Source of the DNA: Eledone cirrhosa
Lineage: Eukaryota
Assembly: GCA_964016885.1 (NCBI GenBank)
Contig: OZ024741.1
Location: 289,788,001 to 289,852,000 of the forward strand
DNA: 64,000 bases
Reading direction: 5' to 3'
The position numbers and the translations under genes were made by a program. The notes below the pieces were generated by a model. That model did not search any database. It was given only the letters and a program-made list of their open reading frames with translations, and was not told the origin of the DNA. Positions 45,001 through 55,627 of this stretch are shown here, piece by piece; the stretch's first letter is position 1; each line of letters starts with the position of its first letter.

Positions 45001-47450
45001 GTTATTGTTGTCACTAGTGTTGTTATTGTTGTCACTAGTGTTGTTATTGTTGTCACTAGTGTTGTTATTGTTGTCACTAGTGTTGTTATTGTTGTTACTA
45101 GTGTTGTTATTGTTATTACTAGTGTTGTTATTGTTGTTACTAGTGTTGTTATTGTTGTCACTAGTGTTGTTATTGTTGTTACTAGTGTTGTTATTGTTGT
45201 TACTAGTGTTGTTATTGTTGTCACTAGTGTTGTTATTGTTGTTACTAGTGTTGTTATTGTTGTTATTAGTGTTGTTATTGTTGTTACTAGTGTTGTTATT
45301 GTTGTTGCTAGTGTTGTTATTGTTGGTACTAGTGTTGTTATTGTTGTCACTAGTGTTGTTATTGTTGTTACTAGTGTTGTTATTGTTGTTACTAGTGTTG
45401 TTATTGTTGTCACTAGTGTTGTTATTGTTGTTACTAGTGTTGTTATTGTTGTTATTAGTGTTGTTATTGTTGTTACTAGTGTTGTTATTGTTGTTGCTAG
45501 TGTTGTTATTGTTGGTACTAGTGTTGTTATTGTTGTTACTAGTGTTGTTATTGTTGTCACTAGTGTTGTTATTGTTGTTACTAGTGTTGTTATTGTTGTT
45601 ACTAGTGTTGTTATTGTTGTTACTAGTGTTGTTATTGTTGTCACTAGTGTTGTTATTGTTGTTACTAGTGTTGTTATTGTTGTTATTAGTGTTATTGTTG
45701 TTACTAGTGTTGTTATTGTTGTCACTAGTGTTGTTATTGTTGTTACTAGTGTTGTTATTGTTGTCACTAGTGTTGTTATTGTTGTTACTAGTGTTGTTAT
45801 TGTTGTTACTAGTGTTGTTATTGTTGTTACTAGTGTTGTTATTGTTGTTACTAGTGTTGTTATTGTTGTCACTGGTGTTGTTATTGTTGTTGCTAGTGTT
45901 ATTATTGTTGTTGCTAGTGTTGTTATTGGTGTTACTAGTGTTGTTATTGTTGTTACAAGTGTTGTTATTGTTGTTACTTGTGTTGTTATTATTGTTGCTA
46001 GTCTTGTTATTGTTGTTGCTAGTCTTGTTATTGTTGTTACTAGTGTTGTTATTGTTGTTACAAGTGTTGTTATTGTTGTTACTAGTGTTGTTATTGTTGT
46101 TGCTAGTCTTGTTATTGTTGTTGCTAGTGTTGTTATTGTTGTTACTAGTGTTGTTATTGTTGTCACTAGTGTTGTTATTGTGTTGCTAGTGTTGTTAGTG
46201 TTGTTATTCTTGTTACTAGTGTTGTTATTGTTGTTACTAGTGTTGTTATTGGTGTCACTGGTGTTGTTATTGTCGTCACTAGTGTTGTTATTGTTGTTAC
46301 TAGTGTTGTTATTGTTGTTACTAGTTTTGTTATTGTTGTTACTAGTGTTGTTATTGTTGTTGTTAGTGTTGTTATTGTTGTTACTAGTGTTGTTATTGTT
46401 GTCACTAGTGTTCTTATTGTTGTTACTAGTGTTGTTAGTGTTGTTATTCTTGTTACTAGTGTTGTTATTGTTGTTACTAGTGTTGTTATTGGTGTCACTG
46501 GTGTTGTTATTGTTGTCACTAGTGTTGTTATTGTTGTTACTAGTGTTGTTATTGTTGTTACTAGTTTTGTTATTGTTGTTACTAGTGTTGTTATTGTTGT
46601 TGTTAGTGTTGTTACTAGTGTTGTTAATGTTGTTACTAGTGTTGTTATTGTTGTTGTTAGTGTTGTTATTGTTGTTACTAGTGTTGTTATTGTTGTTACT
46701 AGTGTTGTTATTGTTGTTGTTAGTGTTGTTACTAGTGTTGTTATTGTTGTTACTAGTGTTGTTATTGTTGTTGTTAGTGTTGTTATTGTTGTTACTAGTG
46801 TTGTTATTGTTGTCACTAGTGTTGTTATTGTTGTTACTAGTGTTGTTATTGTTGTTGTTAGTGTTGTTATTGTTGTCACTAGTGTTGTTATTGTTGTTAC
46901 TAGTGTTTTTTATTGTTGTTACTAGTGTTGTTATTGTTGTCACTAATGTTGTTATTGTTGTTACTAGTGTTGTTATTGTTGTTGTTAGTGTTGTTATTGT
47001 TGTCACTAGTGTTGTTATTGTTGTTACTAGTGTTGTTATTGTTGTTACTAGTGTTGTTATTGTTGTTACTAGTGTTGTTATTGTTGTTACTAGTGTTGTT
47101 ATTGTTGTTACTAGTGTTGTTATTGTTGTTGTTAGTGTTGTTACTAGTGTTGTTAGTGTTGTTACTAGTGTTGTTATTGTTGTTACTAGTGTTGTTATTG
47201 TTGTTGTTAGTGTTGTTATTGTTGTCACTAGTATTGTTATTGTTGTTACTAGTGTTGTTATTGTTGTTGTTAGTGTTGTTATTGTTGTCACTCGTGCTGT
47301 TATTGTTGTTACTAGTGTTGTTATTGTTGTTACTAGTGTTTTTTATTGTTGTTACTAGTGTTGTTATTGTTGTTACTAGTGTTGTTATTGTTGTTACTAG
47401 TGTTGTTATTGTTGTTGCTAGTGTTGTTATTGTTGTTACTTGTGTTGTTG
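1..47450. repeat. Satellite array, 21-bp monomer ACTAGTGTTGTTATTGTTGTT (~2,260 copies; continues beyond left edge)
   Basis: Continuous 21-bp periodicity. Recurrent variants GCTAGT, ACTGGT, ACTTGT, GTTAGT, ATTAGT, GTCACT, GGTACT. Consensus is 17/21 T+G on the + strand and contains the palindrome ACTAGT (SpeI site). Decays into irregular GTT-rich sequence after ~47440. Confidence 0.99.
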
Positions 47451-47591
47451 TTGCTGTTCTTAATATAATTGTTGTTATTGTTACTCGTGTCGATGTTGCT
47501 CTTATTTTTGTTGTTTGCTAGTACTATTTAAAAAAGATAAATTCTTTGTATTGTAGTTGTTAATATAGTTGTTATTATTGTAGATGTTTTA

Positions 47592-47778
47592 TGGCGTTGG
47601 ATGGGAAGTATCGGTAGAGGGTCGGACGGCATGCTTTGACGCATAGAGTTACGGCCCTTGCCATGCTGAGTTCAAATCCCGCCGAGGTTAACTTTGCCTT
47701 TCATCCTTGTGATGTCGATAAAATAAAGTACCTGTAATGTACTGGGTAACTGCTGGCCTTGTGCCAATAGTAGAAACA
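47592..47778 (+). mobile_element. tRNA-derived SINE, copy 1 of tandem dimer (3' internal deletion)
   Basis: A-box-like TGGGAAGTATCGG (47602), B-box GAGTTCAAATCC (47668-47679), body ACTTTGCCTTTCATCC..GATAAAATAAAGTACC, tail GCTGGCCTTGTGCC..AGAAAC. Aligns to the adjacent copy but lacks ~35 bp near the 3' end. Confidence 0.9.
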
Positions 47779-47798
47779 ATTATTGTAGATGGTTGTAA

Positions 47799-48013
47799 GG
47801 GCGTAGATTGGCAGTATCGGTAGAGGTTCGGACGTCGTGCTATCCAACATAGTTACATTCCTTTACACTCTGAGTTCAAATCCCGCTGAGGTTAACTTTG
47901 CCTTTCATCCTTATGGGGCCGATAAAATAAAGTACCAGTCACGCACTGGGGTCGATTTAATCGCGTTTCCCCCTCCTCTGAATATTGCTGGCCTTGTGCC
48001 TATATAAGAAACC
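47799..48013 (+). mobile_element. tRNA-derived SINE, copy 2 of tandem dimer (octopus-like family)
   Basis: A-box TGGCAGTATCGG (47809-47820), B-box GAGTTCAAATCC (47872-47883), same body and tail as copy 1. Resembles an abundant Octopus SINE from memory; not database-checked. Confidence 0.9.
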
Positions 48014-48354
48014 ATTATTGTAGATAGTTGTATTACTGTTGTTGTGAGTGTTATAATCATTACTGTTAATGCTATCGTTGTTGTGATAGCTATTAGTGGT
48101 GCTGTAGTTGATTTTACTATTGTTTGTTTTATGTTATTGTTATAGTTTTTGTCTAAATATTCATTTAAAGAAATAGAGTCATTGTATTTCCAGTGGTTTT
48201 ATTTATACTGTTTGGAATGTAGTTTTTTAAAAATCTTTCTGAAATTTCGTGACATCATCTGTGAGTGTGTCACCACGAGTCTATCACGGTAACGTTTTTA
48301 CTTCTATTGCTGTCGTGTGTAACACCAGGAAGGTGGGACACAAGGAGGAATCTA

Positions 48355-48586
48355 CGAGAGTGGGCTGAAATGTTTATAGGCTGACAATGAAGGAATGATT
48401 GTAGAGCTGTGAAATCTTCCATGCATTAATTCTAACTCTTCTAATTAATAAAAGCGTTGTTTCTTTCCAGCGATTATGTTGAAAAATAAACCTCATTTGG
48501 TCGTTCCATGAGAGTATCTTTGGACCACATTTTCTATGAACTTTTAAGCAGACCTATGAACTTTTGAACTTTTCAGCAGACCCTCG
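48355..48586 (+). mobile_element. Tc1/mariner-derived MITE (232 bp)
   Basis: Left TIR CGAGAGTGGGCTGAAATGTTTATAGGCTGAC; right end GAACTTTTCAGCAGACCCTCG is its imperfect reverse complement. TA on both sides (48353-54, 48587-88). GAT TAT GTT GAA AAA TAA (48472-48489, DYVEK*) matches the typical mariner transposase C-terminus. Confidence 0.85.
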
Positions 48587-48654
48587 TATGTCTACTCTGT
48601 GTTTCTGTATGAATTAACCCATAGCTATTGGTGGAGACGTTCTAATTCCATCCC

Positions 48655-48822
48655 TTTCTAGGTCTGAAAACAGCCGATTTCTTCAAGAGAAAGAAAGAGA
48701 GAGAGAGAAAGTTATAGAGGAAGAATTGAACCCATTACTGGTACTTTATTTATTGAGCTTGAAAAGGTGAACACCGCAATGTATTATAGGTGGCATTGTA
48801 ACGACTCTCATAATTGGCCGCC
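48655..48822 (-). mobile_element. Degenerate, internally deleted copy of the same SINE family as 47799-48013
   Basis: CTGGTACTTTATTTATTGA..GAAAAGGTGAA is the reverse complement of the SINE body; AACGACTCT..GGCCGCC matches the reverse-complemented 5' head. Left boundary is uncertain. Confidence 0.6.
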
Positions 48823-48832
48823 TAGTATACCA

Positions 48833-48932
48833 AGGGACTATGATGAAAAATTAACCCCATTTGGTCATCCCATGAGAGTATCTTAGTCAGCCTGTGGACT
48901 CTTCAGCCTATGAACTTTTATGCAGACCCTCA
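48833..48932 (+). mobile_element. Second, orphan right end of the mariner-derived element
   Basis: GGACTATGATGAAAAA..CATTTGGTC..CCATGAGAGTATCTT..CCTATGAACTTTTATGCAGACCCTCA followed by TA aligns to 48470-48588. No matching left TIR of its own. Confidence 0.8.
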
Positions 48933-49027
48933 TATATCTATTCCATGTTTCTGTATGTATACCGACGTGGAAAACAAAAATATACTAGTGGAAGGATAAA
49001 ACGGAGTTAAAGTTCTTCTCAAAATAC

Positions 49028-49187
49028 CTTCTTGGGTTTGTTGTTGTTTCAGCTGGCGTGGATGGTGATGGTGACGACGGTGCTGGTATTGGTGTTGGCG
49101 GTTATGCTGTTCAGCTCTCATGTCAGCTCTGATAGAGCCGGACAAGCTTATGATAAAAAACATTCCAGCCATAGCCATTTCGTTCAT
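49028..49187 (-). CDS. Candidate first coding exon of a secreted His/Gln-rich protein (speculative)
   Basis: Minus strand: acceptor cattcAG (49199-49200), AAAA-ATG at 49187, MNEMAMAGMFFIISLSGSIRA-DMRAEQHNRQHQYQHRRHHHHPRQLKQQQTQE, then a phase-1 donor AAG|GTATTT. Weak pyrimidine tract; no recognisable homology. Confidence 0.22.
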
Positions 49188-49238
49188 TTTTAATCAACCT
49201 GAATGGTGATAGTTTGATGCTCTATGACTACTCTATAT

Positions 49239-49243
<5 letters not shown>

Positions 49244-49287
<44 letters not shown>
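49244..49287. repeat. (TA)n microsatellite, left flank of Penelope-like element
   Basis: Pure TA run. Confidence 0.98.
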
Positions 49288-49292
<5 letters not shown>

Positions 49293-49463
49293 TTCGAGAG
49301 TAAACCAATCTTAAAGAGAGAGATGGAGATAAGAGAGGAGAAGAGAGATTGGTGAAGGTGTTAGAAGCCAAAAGCGTAAAGGCATGTGCTCGATGTGCAA
49401 TATGTAGTGGGAGGCAGCTAGCGAACTGGGTTCATGCAGAGATTAGGTGCATAGAGCTGAAAT

Positions 49464-49783
49464 TATTCATTAGTTAAGCAAAGCAAGACAACAAAATTCA
49501 CATGGAAGACGTTAGTTAAAGCATAGTTGCAGTTTAATGTAAGGAATAAAGAGTGTAATTGTAGTTTAATGTACGGAATAATAATGTCCGTTTACAATTG
49601 TTTCGATACTCCACATAATGTTTCTGGATCAATTGATTATTAGATCGTTATTGATCTGGTTCAGATGAGGATAAGTAACTTAAGTAATGTTATGAAGCAG
49701 CTCTTCATAATTATATATGAGATAATGAAAATATTTATAAAGATAAGATGGAATAAGACATATAAAATAAAGTAAAATAAGAT
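49464..49783 (-). repeat. PLE pseudo-LTR, 3' copy (left arm of inverted repeat)
   Basis: Ungapped reverse complement of 50749-51068, ~94% identical by eye. Confidence 0.93.
49590..49711 (-). ncRNA. Hammerhead ribozyme, degenerate copy (core AUGAAGA instead of CUGAAGA)
   Basis: Minus strand reads ATT-ATGAAGA-GCTGCTTCAT...GTGGAGTATC-GAAAC-AATT-GTA-AAC. Conserved C3 is mutated, and one stem I and one stem II pair are broken. Confidence 0.7.
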
Positions 49784-50126
49784 GGTTACGTGACTGTAAG
49801 ATTACATAGATTGGCATTTCACGAAAGGAGTCCTGGATAGGTCAAATGTCTGCTATAAACATGCATTAGGCTTCTGTCGAGGCTGTATTAAGCAAGATCT
49901 GCCTATGCGTAACAAGATGGCTACTTGTACGAAATTTATCTTATTAATTAGAGACGGGTTTCAAGGCAGGTGACTCCTTGAAAAGTTAAATTCATAAGGA
50001 ATTTATAATTAAGATAGTGCAAAGGACCTTACATGTGAGATAATGTAAGGCAGGTAACTTATAATTGTCTAAGAATAGGACTAAATATTTAACATGCTAG
50101 CTATATGTAATGGTGAGATTTGATGA

Positions 50127-50748
50127 CTATGTTGGGTCGAATATTCTGTTGGCGAAGGAATTTGCCCTACGATGGTGACAGTTAATAATTATCTCGTTTC
50201 TATCATTAATAGGTGGTGGTCGGGACAGAGTTATGTGATAGGCCTCGGTAAGACAGAGATCACAACAGTTTCTTCGTCCATTGAACGCTGGGGATCTAGC
50301 CAAGATATCCCAGGTTAGTGAGTGTTAAATGTTGGTTAATTTAAGGTTTTTAATGAGCCTAGCTAGAGATGTTGAGCATCTATTAACTAGGGTCCAGGAA
50401 GGAAAATGAGTGCGCATTATAGCGTACCTTAAAAGGGTTAGAGGTAGAGCCAATATAGGAGCTAGTATGTGATGCCGTTCTAACGGTGCACCTATATACT
50501 ATATTGGGCGTAAGGCATTGTCCGTTAAATGGGCATGCATTAGAGTAACGGCAGTTGCAATTACTGTTGCGATTAGTAAGAGTAGGGTTATTTCAACTAT
50601 ACGGCTGGTGTGTACTAATAGGATTGGAGGGGGGAGATATGCTACTAGAATAATTATTGGTATAGTTGCGTGGTGTATTTATGGGGGGTGGTGGTAACGC
50701 TGTGTGGGAGTTATATTTTTTTAGTTTATGTTGGTTACTGAATGCGAT

Positions 50749-50750
<2 letters not shown>
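50127..50750 (-). pseudogene. Penelope-like GIY-YIG endonuclease remnant (C-terminal part of PLE ORF)
   Basis: Manual translation: NCNCRYSNACPFNGQCLTPNIVYRCTVRTASHTSSYIGSTSNPFKVRYNAHSFSF, frameshift near 50385, then RCSTSLARLIKNLKLTNI*HSLTWDILARSPAFNGRRNCCDLCLTEAYHITLSRPPPINDRNEIIINCHHRRANSFANRIFDPT*. IVY..YIG, conserved R, E and N, and a CxC-x5-C motif are present. One frameshift and internal stops. Confidence 0.88.
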
Positions 50751-51171
<421 letters not shown>

Positions 51172-51450
51172 ATGTTTAACTCCGACGGCAGAGCTCAAGC
51201 CGTTTAAACTTGAGCTGGGTGTGGAAAAGTCAGGATACGAAAATGTTTAACTACCTCCGTATTAGAGAACTTTCCGACCCTACCACGCCATACTCTGGTG
51301 CGTTATGGTCCATCTGGTTCCTTACCACACCTCCTTCGTTATATATATATATATATTTTTTTCTCCAGCCTAAGTTCTCAAAATGGAGAATATATAAACT
51401 AACATGGCAAGACAAAGATCCTGCAAACTAGGGACGTACAGCACGGGTTC

Positions 51451-51509
<59 letters not shown>
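51451..51509. repeat. (TAG)n microsatellite
   Basis: Pure TAG run. Confidence 0.97.
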
Positions 51510-51651
51510 ACTTATGGTGCTTTGAATTAATGTATTTGAAACGAATTTTCCATATCTATCAATGTTTGGATAACAAGGCAATGACAATTTAAATTACAAT
51601 AACAACAGCAATTATAACAACAAAAACAATGATAATGACAAAAACGACATC

Positions 51652-51693
51652 AAGAAGAAGAAGAAGAAGAAGAAGAAGAAGAAGAAGAAGAAG

Positions 51694-51739
<46 letters not shown>
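51652..51739. repeat. Compound (AAG)n(AAC)n microsatellite within an AAC-rich low-complexity tract (51590-51955)
   Basis: AAG run abutting AAC run. Confidence 0.96.
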
Positions 51740-52430
51740 GTACAAACGGAATTAAAAAGATCAACGCCTTCTACAATAACAACAATATCACCAACAACAC
51801 CATCATCCAAAAGAAGAACAACAATAAGAATAATAACAATAAAAGCAAGAACAGCAGGGGCAATAACAACATCAACAAGAACAAGATGAACAATAACAAC
51901 AATAGAAACGGAACTAACAACATCAACAACAATTACAATAACAAAATAAAAAAACAACGCGAAAAAGAATGTCTTGATGGAAAATATATTTGTGTTTTCG
52001 TGACCTTCATCGTTGTTTTGACATTATCATCAACATGATCATAGCCAACCTTCTAATCGTTACTTCTACATGAACCTCACCGTCATCATAGTCGTCATAG
52101 TCATCATACTCATCGTTAACCTAGTCGTCGTTATCATCTTGATCACTATCTTCCTTATCATCATTATGATTCCCACGATCATTCTCTCCCTCACGATAAT
52201 CACGAACCTCGTTCATTATCATCAACATCACCAGTATCATTGCCTCTTTAAACTGTAATTCAAAAGTCTAGCTTTCTCGCGTTCGATGTGATGCTGCTTC
52301 TGCCTCAAGAATATGTTAAGGAATACTCATCCACTTACACACTAATACAACGAGTTCGTAGTTCAGTCGATCGAATAATTGGATACCTATAGTTGAAATC
52401 GATGGAAATATATTTGTTACTCTACGCATC

Positions 52431-52712
52431 GGGAAAACACGTGGTTTAGTTGTTAGACTTTCCAACTCCCGATCATAAAGTCGTGGGTTTGATTCTCAAC
52501 ATCATTTTATGTCCTTCACTTTGCTCCAGTGCATAGAGCTTGCAAAAATGTGTTGTACCTTCCATTCAAAGAAACAACTTTGTCACGGCAAATCTCCTTT
52601 AGATTTAAGTTAAGGATACATACAAAACGTGGAGGTTTCAACTACAGGCACGGCGATTTCAAGATCAGGCTGTTCAAATAACAGGAACATTGATCATTGA
52701 AACCAAAAGTGC
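52431..52712 (+). mobile_element. Degenerate tRNA-derived SINE (second family)
   Basis: A-box-like TGGTTTAGTTG (52442), B-box-like GGTTTGATTC (52486), body CACTTTGCTCCAGT..GCAAAAATG. The 3' half aligns with 55790-55975 (AATCT..AGA..TAAGG.TACA..ATTTCA..AGGCTGTTC). Confidence 0.65.
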
Positions 52713-52800
52713 TCAAACAATTATACAGAAGAGTCTATTAGTAAAATCACTAGGGTGGCACTGCAAAACTCATAGGTAGAACGAACCGAGAGAGATCTAA

Positions 52801-52975
<175 letters not shown>

Positions 52976-53103
52976 CATAAGCAGAGATTTCTGTTGAGTG
53001 AGCCGTACACTTATTTTTATATATTGTCTATGATTTTAGAATGTTTTGATTAATATATAATTAGTTGTATTTTTTTCTTTTTTCTTATCTAAAGCATATA
53101 TTA

Positions 53104-53260
53104 AGGCAGTAAAATGGCAGAGTGGTTAGAACATTGGATAGAATGCTATGCAGAATTTGTTCCGAATTATTCCGCGCTGAACTTTAATACTGTCATGATA
53201 ACATTTACCTTTCATCCTCTCGCGATCGATAAATAAAATACCATTCCTATATTGAGATCA
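53104..53260 (+). mobile_element. Old degenerate copy of the 47799-type SINE
   Basis: TGGCAGAGTGGTTAG A-box, AATGCT, and TTTACCTTTCATCCT..TCGATAAATAAAATACCA align to the SINE body at 47896-47936. Confidence 0.7.
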
Positions 53261-53581
53261 ATTATTTCTCTACCTCTCTTTCTCACTTCCCCTCCTCTCT
53301 ATCACACTCACCTCTGGAAAAACTTACTGTATTCACAGCTGAAGAGGGTCTGAACTACTCCAGGTTTAAAATGCCCAAGAAGAATAGTTTGTCATTAGGA
53401 TGCACTTACAACACTGTCAGCATATACAGGCAAGAAACGAAAACGAAATTACATTACTATGAGAGTTTTTTCTGTATTTAATATACATATTATGACAATC
53501 CCTATTTCTAGTTCTTTATATTTGAATAGTTTCTTAACTCCTCCCCATTGACATCTATTCGTATTTTTAAGTCATTTAGGA

Positions 53582-53778
53582 CAGGCATGTCAAACTGAGG
53601 GTCCCCCGAGGACCACATGGATCGCATATGTATTGTCTGAGGGCCACACACGACAACTATTTGCGCACATTACAGCTAATTTTACGAAGATAAAACATGC
53701 TGGCGCTGTAAAAACCTTTGTGCGGGCCGCTGGTGTACTTGTAAAGAGCCGCAGCGGGCCGCGTGTTTAACATGCCTG
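53582..53778. mobile_element. hAT (Charlie-like) non-autonomous DNA transposon / MITE, 197 bp
   Basis: TIRs CAGGCATGTCAAAC / GTTTAACATGCCTG (13 of 14 complementary). 8-bp TSD ATTTAGGA (53574-81) / ATTTAGGG (53779-86). Internal GGGCCGC/GGGCCAC motifs. Confidence 0.9.
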
Positions 53779-54606
53779 ATTTAGGGAATATGTTTCTTGG
53801 TGGACTTTGAATACACGATTATATCTGGACGATTTTTCTTAATCCCTGTATGAATTGTCATTTCGCAAAGTATTGTCACTGTCATTTACTCTCAGTCGTT
53901 ATACTGTAATTTGGTTATCTATGGATCGCTGCTGTTATTGCAATTTTGGTTGTTTACATCCAAGTCAAGCTTGGGCAATCAGATAAAAAATGTTCAGATG
54001 TAACCATCAGGTCTTCTCTTGGGTTTCAACAATTACATTTCACAATGTGTCCATTCCCCTAACACAGTGATATGGTGTGACTTGGCTCTTATTTTGATAG
54101 GTCGATTGATTACAGATTCTTCTTTTGTGGGTATCTAATCACACTGTCATAACTGCCAGTGAATGAAGGCAAGTGGTAATTAGTCTACAAGTATTCAACA
54201 CATTTATATATTGCACATTTCTTGATCAATGTTAGGATTATTGTTGCTTTTGATGTTCAGCTTCCGATCAGCCTTAGTCAAGAAAGCTAAAAAGTAAAGC
54301 GCTCGAGACGTGGCCATCACGTCATTTTGACAGACATAGTCTCTCTCCAACTACATTAACAACGAGCTCTTATATGTAGATGATATGAATTATATCAGCA
54401 GATCAAGTGTCAGGCTGCTGAAACCCACCAATATACAAAGACAATAAAAATACTCGCATCATACACAAAGGACCATACCGAGGACAAATGGATAATGCCC
54501 TTACTAGGGCATTCATAGGTACAACATTCCTGCATATTAGAAGAATTGGGGGTACGACATGAACATTATTTATTTATATAAATCCTTACCTATAATATTC
54601 CTAACT

Positions 54607-54870
<264 letters not shown>

Positions 54871-54992
54871 TCTTGTGTATGTTCGTGTCTACATGCTCCA
54901 GTGTGTGCAGGTTTCTTTACATGAACTCTCCCATCAAAAATGAGAAGAAAATATCAAAATCAAAAATAACAGGGAGAACCACAGCAACAAAG

Positions 54993-55077
54993 AGAAGAAG
55001 AAGAAGAAGAAGAAGAAGAAGAAGAAGAAGAAGAAGAAGAAGAAGAAGAAGAAGAAGAAGAAGAAGAAGAAGAAGAA
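54993..55077. repeat. (AAG)n microsatellite
   Basis: Pure AAG run. Confidence 0.97.
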
Positions 55078-55627
55078 TGGTTAATTGTGATAGGGATGAA
55101 AGTAACAAAGAGACGGAATAGAAACAATACTGTAGTGGTTGTGGTGGTAGTGGTGAGGTGCTGATGAAAAGGAAGAGGGAGAGAAGAAGGGGTTGGGAGT
55201 AAAATGTGTTTGTAATAATTTTTTAGCCTTCAGGAGTACATCGTCATCAATTGTCTATGGTAAACTCATCTTTCAGCTAGCACGGTATATTCTCTAACAG
55301 ACATTTTATTAAACCACCAACATCATCACCATCACCACTATCTACACCAATACCAGCACCAGTGTCCCTACCATCATCACTACCTTCGCCCCCCCCCCCT
55401 CCCACCACTACGACAACCAGCACTACCGACCGACACCACTACAAAATATTTCGATATTCCCAATATCTTCAGCCCCATTACCATCAACACCAGCATTACT
55501 GTAACCATCACAAACCTCAGCAACTCTACTATCACTCAAATTACCTCCACCACTATTAAAAATATCGACCCAACGACTGGTCCTCTCTGTCATTGTTCAT
55601 CATGCTTATAATAGCAACAAAGTGAAA

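Noticed and set aside
1-47450. CRISPR array or telomeric repeat
   Set aside because: No unique spacers, no cas genes and a eukaryotic context; no TTAGGG-type repeat.
1-47521. Giant ORFs (poly-L/V, VVIVVTS, TTITTLV mucin-like, NNNNTS)
   Set aside because: The 21-bp monomer is stop-free in several frames on both strands. Frames switch at 1-bp indels, and there are no unique domains, signal peptide or splice structure.
51356-51450. Strong + strand splice acceptor TTTTTTTCTCCAG
   Set aside because: No matching donor or credible coding frame downstream; adjacent to a TA/T tract.
53311-53395. Possible additional hammerhead (ACAG-CTGAAGA-GGG...CCC)
   Set aside because: No GAAA correctly placed next to a stem II arm in either permutation and no clean stem III/NUH; at best a decayed relic.
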